From Paraspadella gotoi (lineage: Eukaryota; Animalia; Chaetognatha): a stretch of 64,000 nucleotides of DNA. The notes under the pieces were generated by a model. The model was not told the DNA's origin and did not search any database. It saw only the letters and a list, made by a program, of their open reading frames with translations. The position numbers and the translations under genes were made by a program. Positions 63,617-64,000 of the stretch are shown here, in pieces. The stretch is taken from the NCBI GenBank assembly GCA_051294375.1, contig CM119269.1, forward strand, positions 22,222,076 to 22,286,075, in the 5' to 3' direction. Each line of letters begins with the position of its first letter. Positions within the stretch are counted from its first letter, which is position 1.

Positions 63617-64000
63617 GCTTAAGTCTCTAATACGGCAAAATTTGCAAGAAAAATTCTCATGGTGAAATGAAATCAAGAATCAAACAGACATGTAATTAAT
63701 TTATAAAGATACTGGACATTAATTTCCCCAAATGCAAAGTTTTTAAAAAAAAATAATCGTTTTTTGTTATTTGTAAAAAATAAAGAAAATCTGGCCAAAA
63801 TATGTTAATAAAGAAACTGAACAGAACAAATGTGTGAAATTTTTTTCAAGATAATTTTTTTATACGAGTAATCATTTTTTGTCTCACTTTTATTGTAATA
63901 TATTTTCTTTCAACATCAGAATTATTTTCTCTTTTAAGTGATGCACAATTATTTTAGTTGAGGTAGAAAAGTATCGAGTTTTACATATTCATAAAAATTG

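Overview
AT-rich, microsatellite-laden eukaryotic (invertebrate-like) DNA from a gap-filled assembly; not prokaryotic. 1-29 kb is mostly simple repeats, minisatellites and noisy duplicated or inverted copies next to N-gaps, probably largely assembly artefact. 32.3-45.3 kb holds a 19-exon Cys-loop (nicotinic acetylcholine receptor-like) subunit gene that I spliced by hand. It has an anion-type Pro-Gly-Lys filter motif, YPYY in place of YxCC in loop C, and a 2-nt frameshift in the M2 exon. 46.8-58.5 kb is a diverged tandem duplication carrying a family of orphan secreted low-complexity proteins; the second copy supplies empty sites for insertions in the first. Those insertions include a Transib/RAG-like element with CACAGTG ends and a 5-bp TSD, a hAT MITE, a Helentron-type element, a Penelope-type hammerhead, and a tRNA-headed element fused to a circularly permuted twister-like ribozyme fold (best novelty candidate). 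The end of the window has a minus-strand multi-TM gene fragment and a small secreted peptide gene. All calls are by eye; no searches were run.
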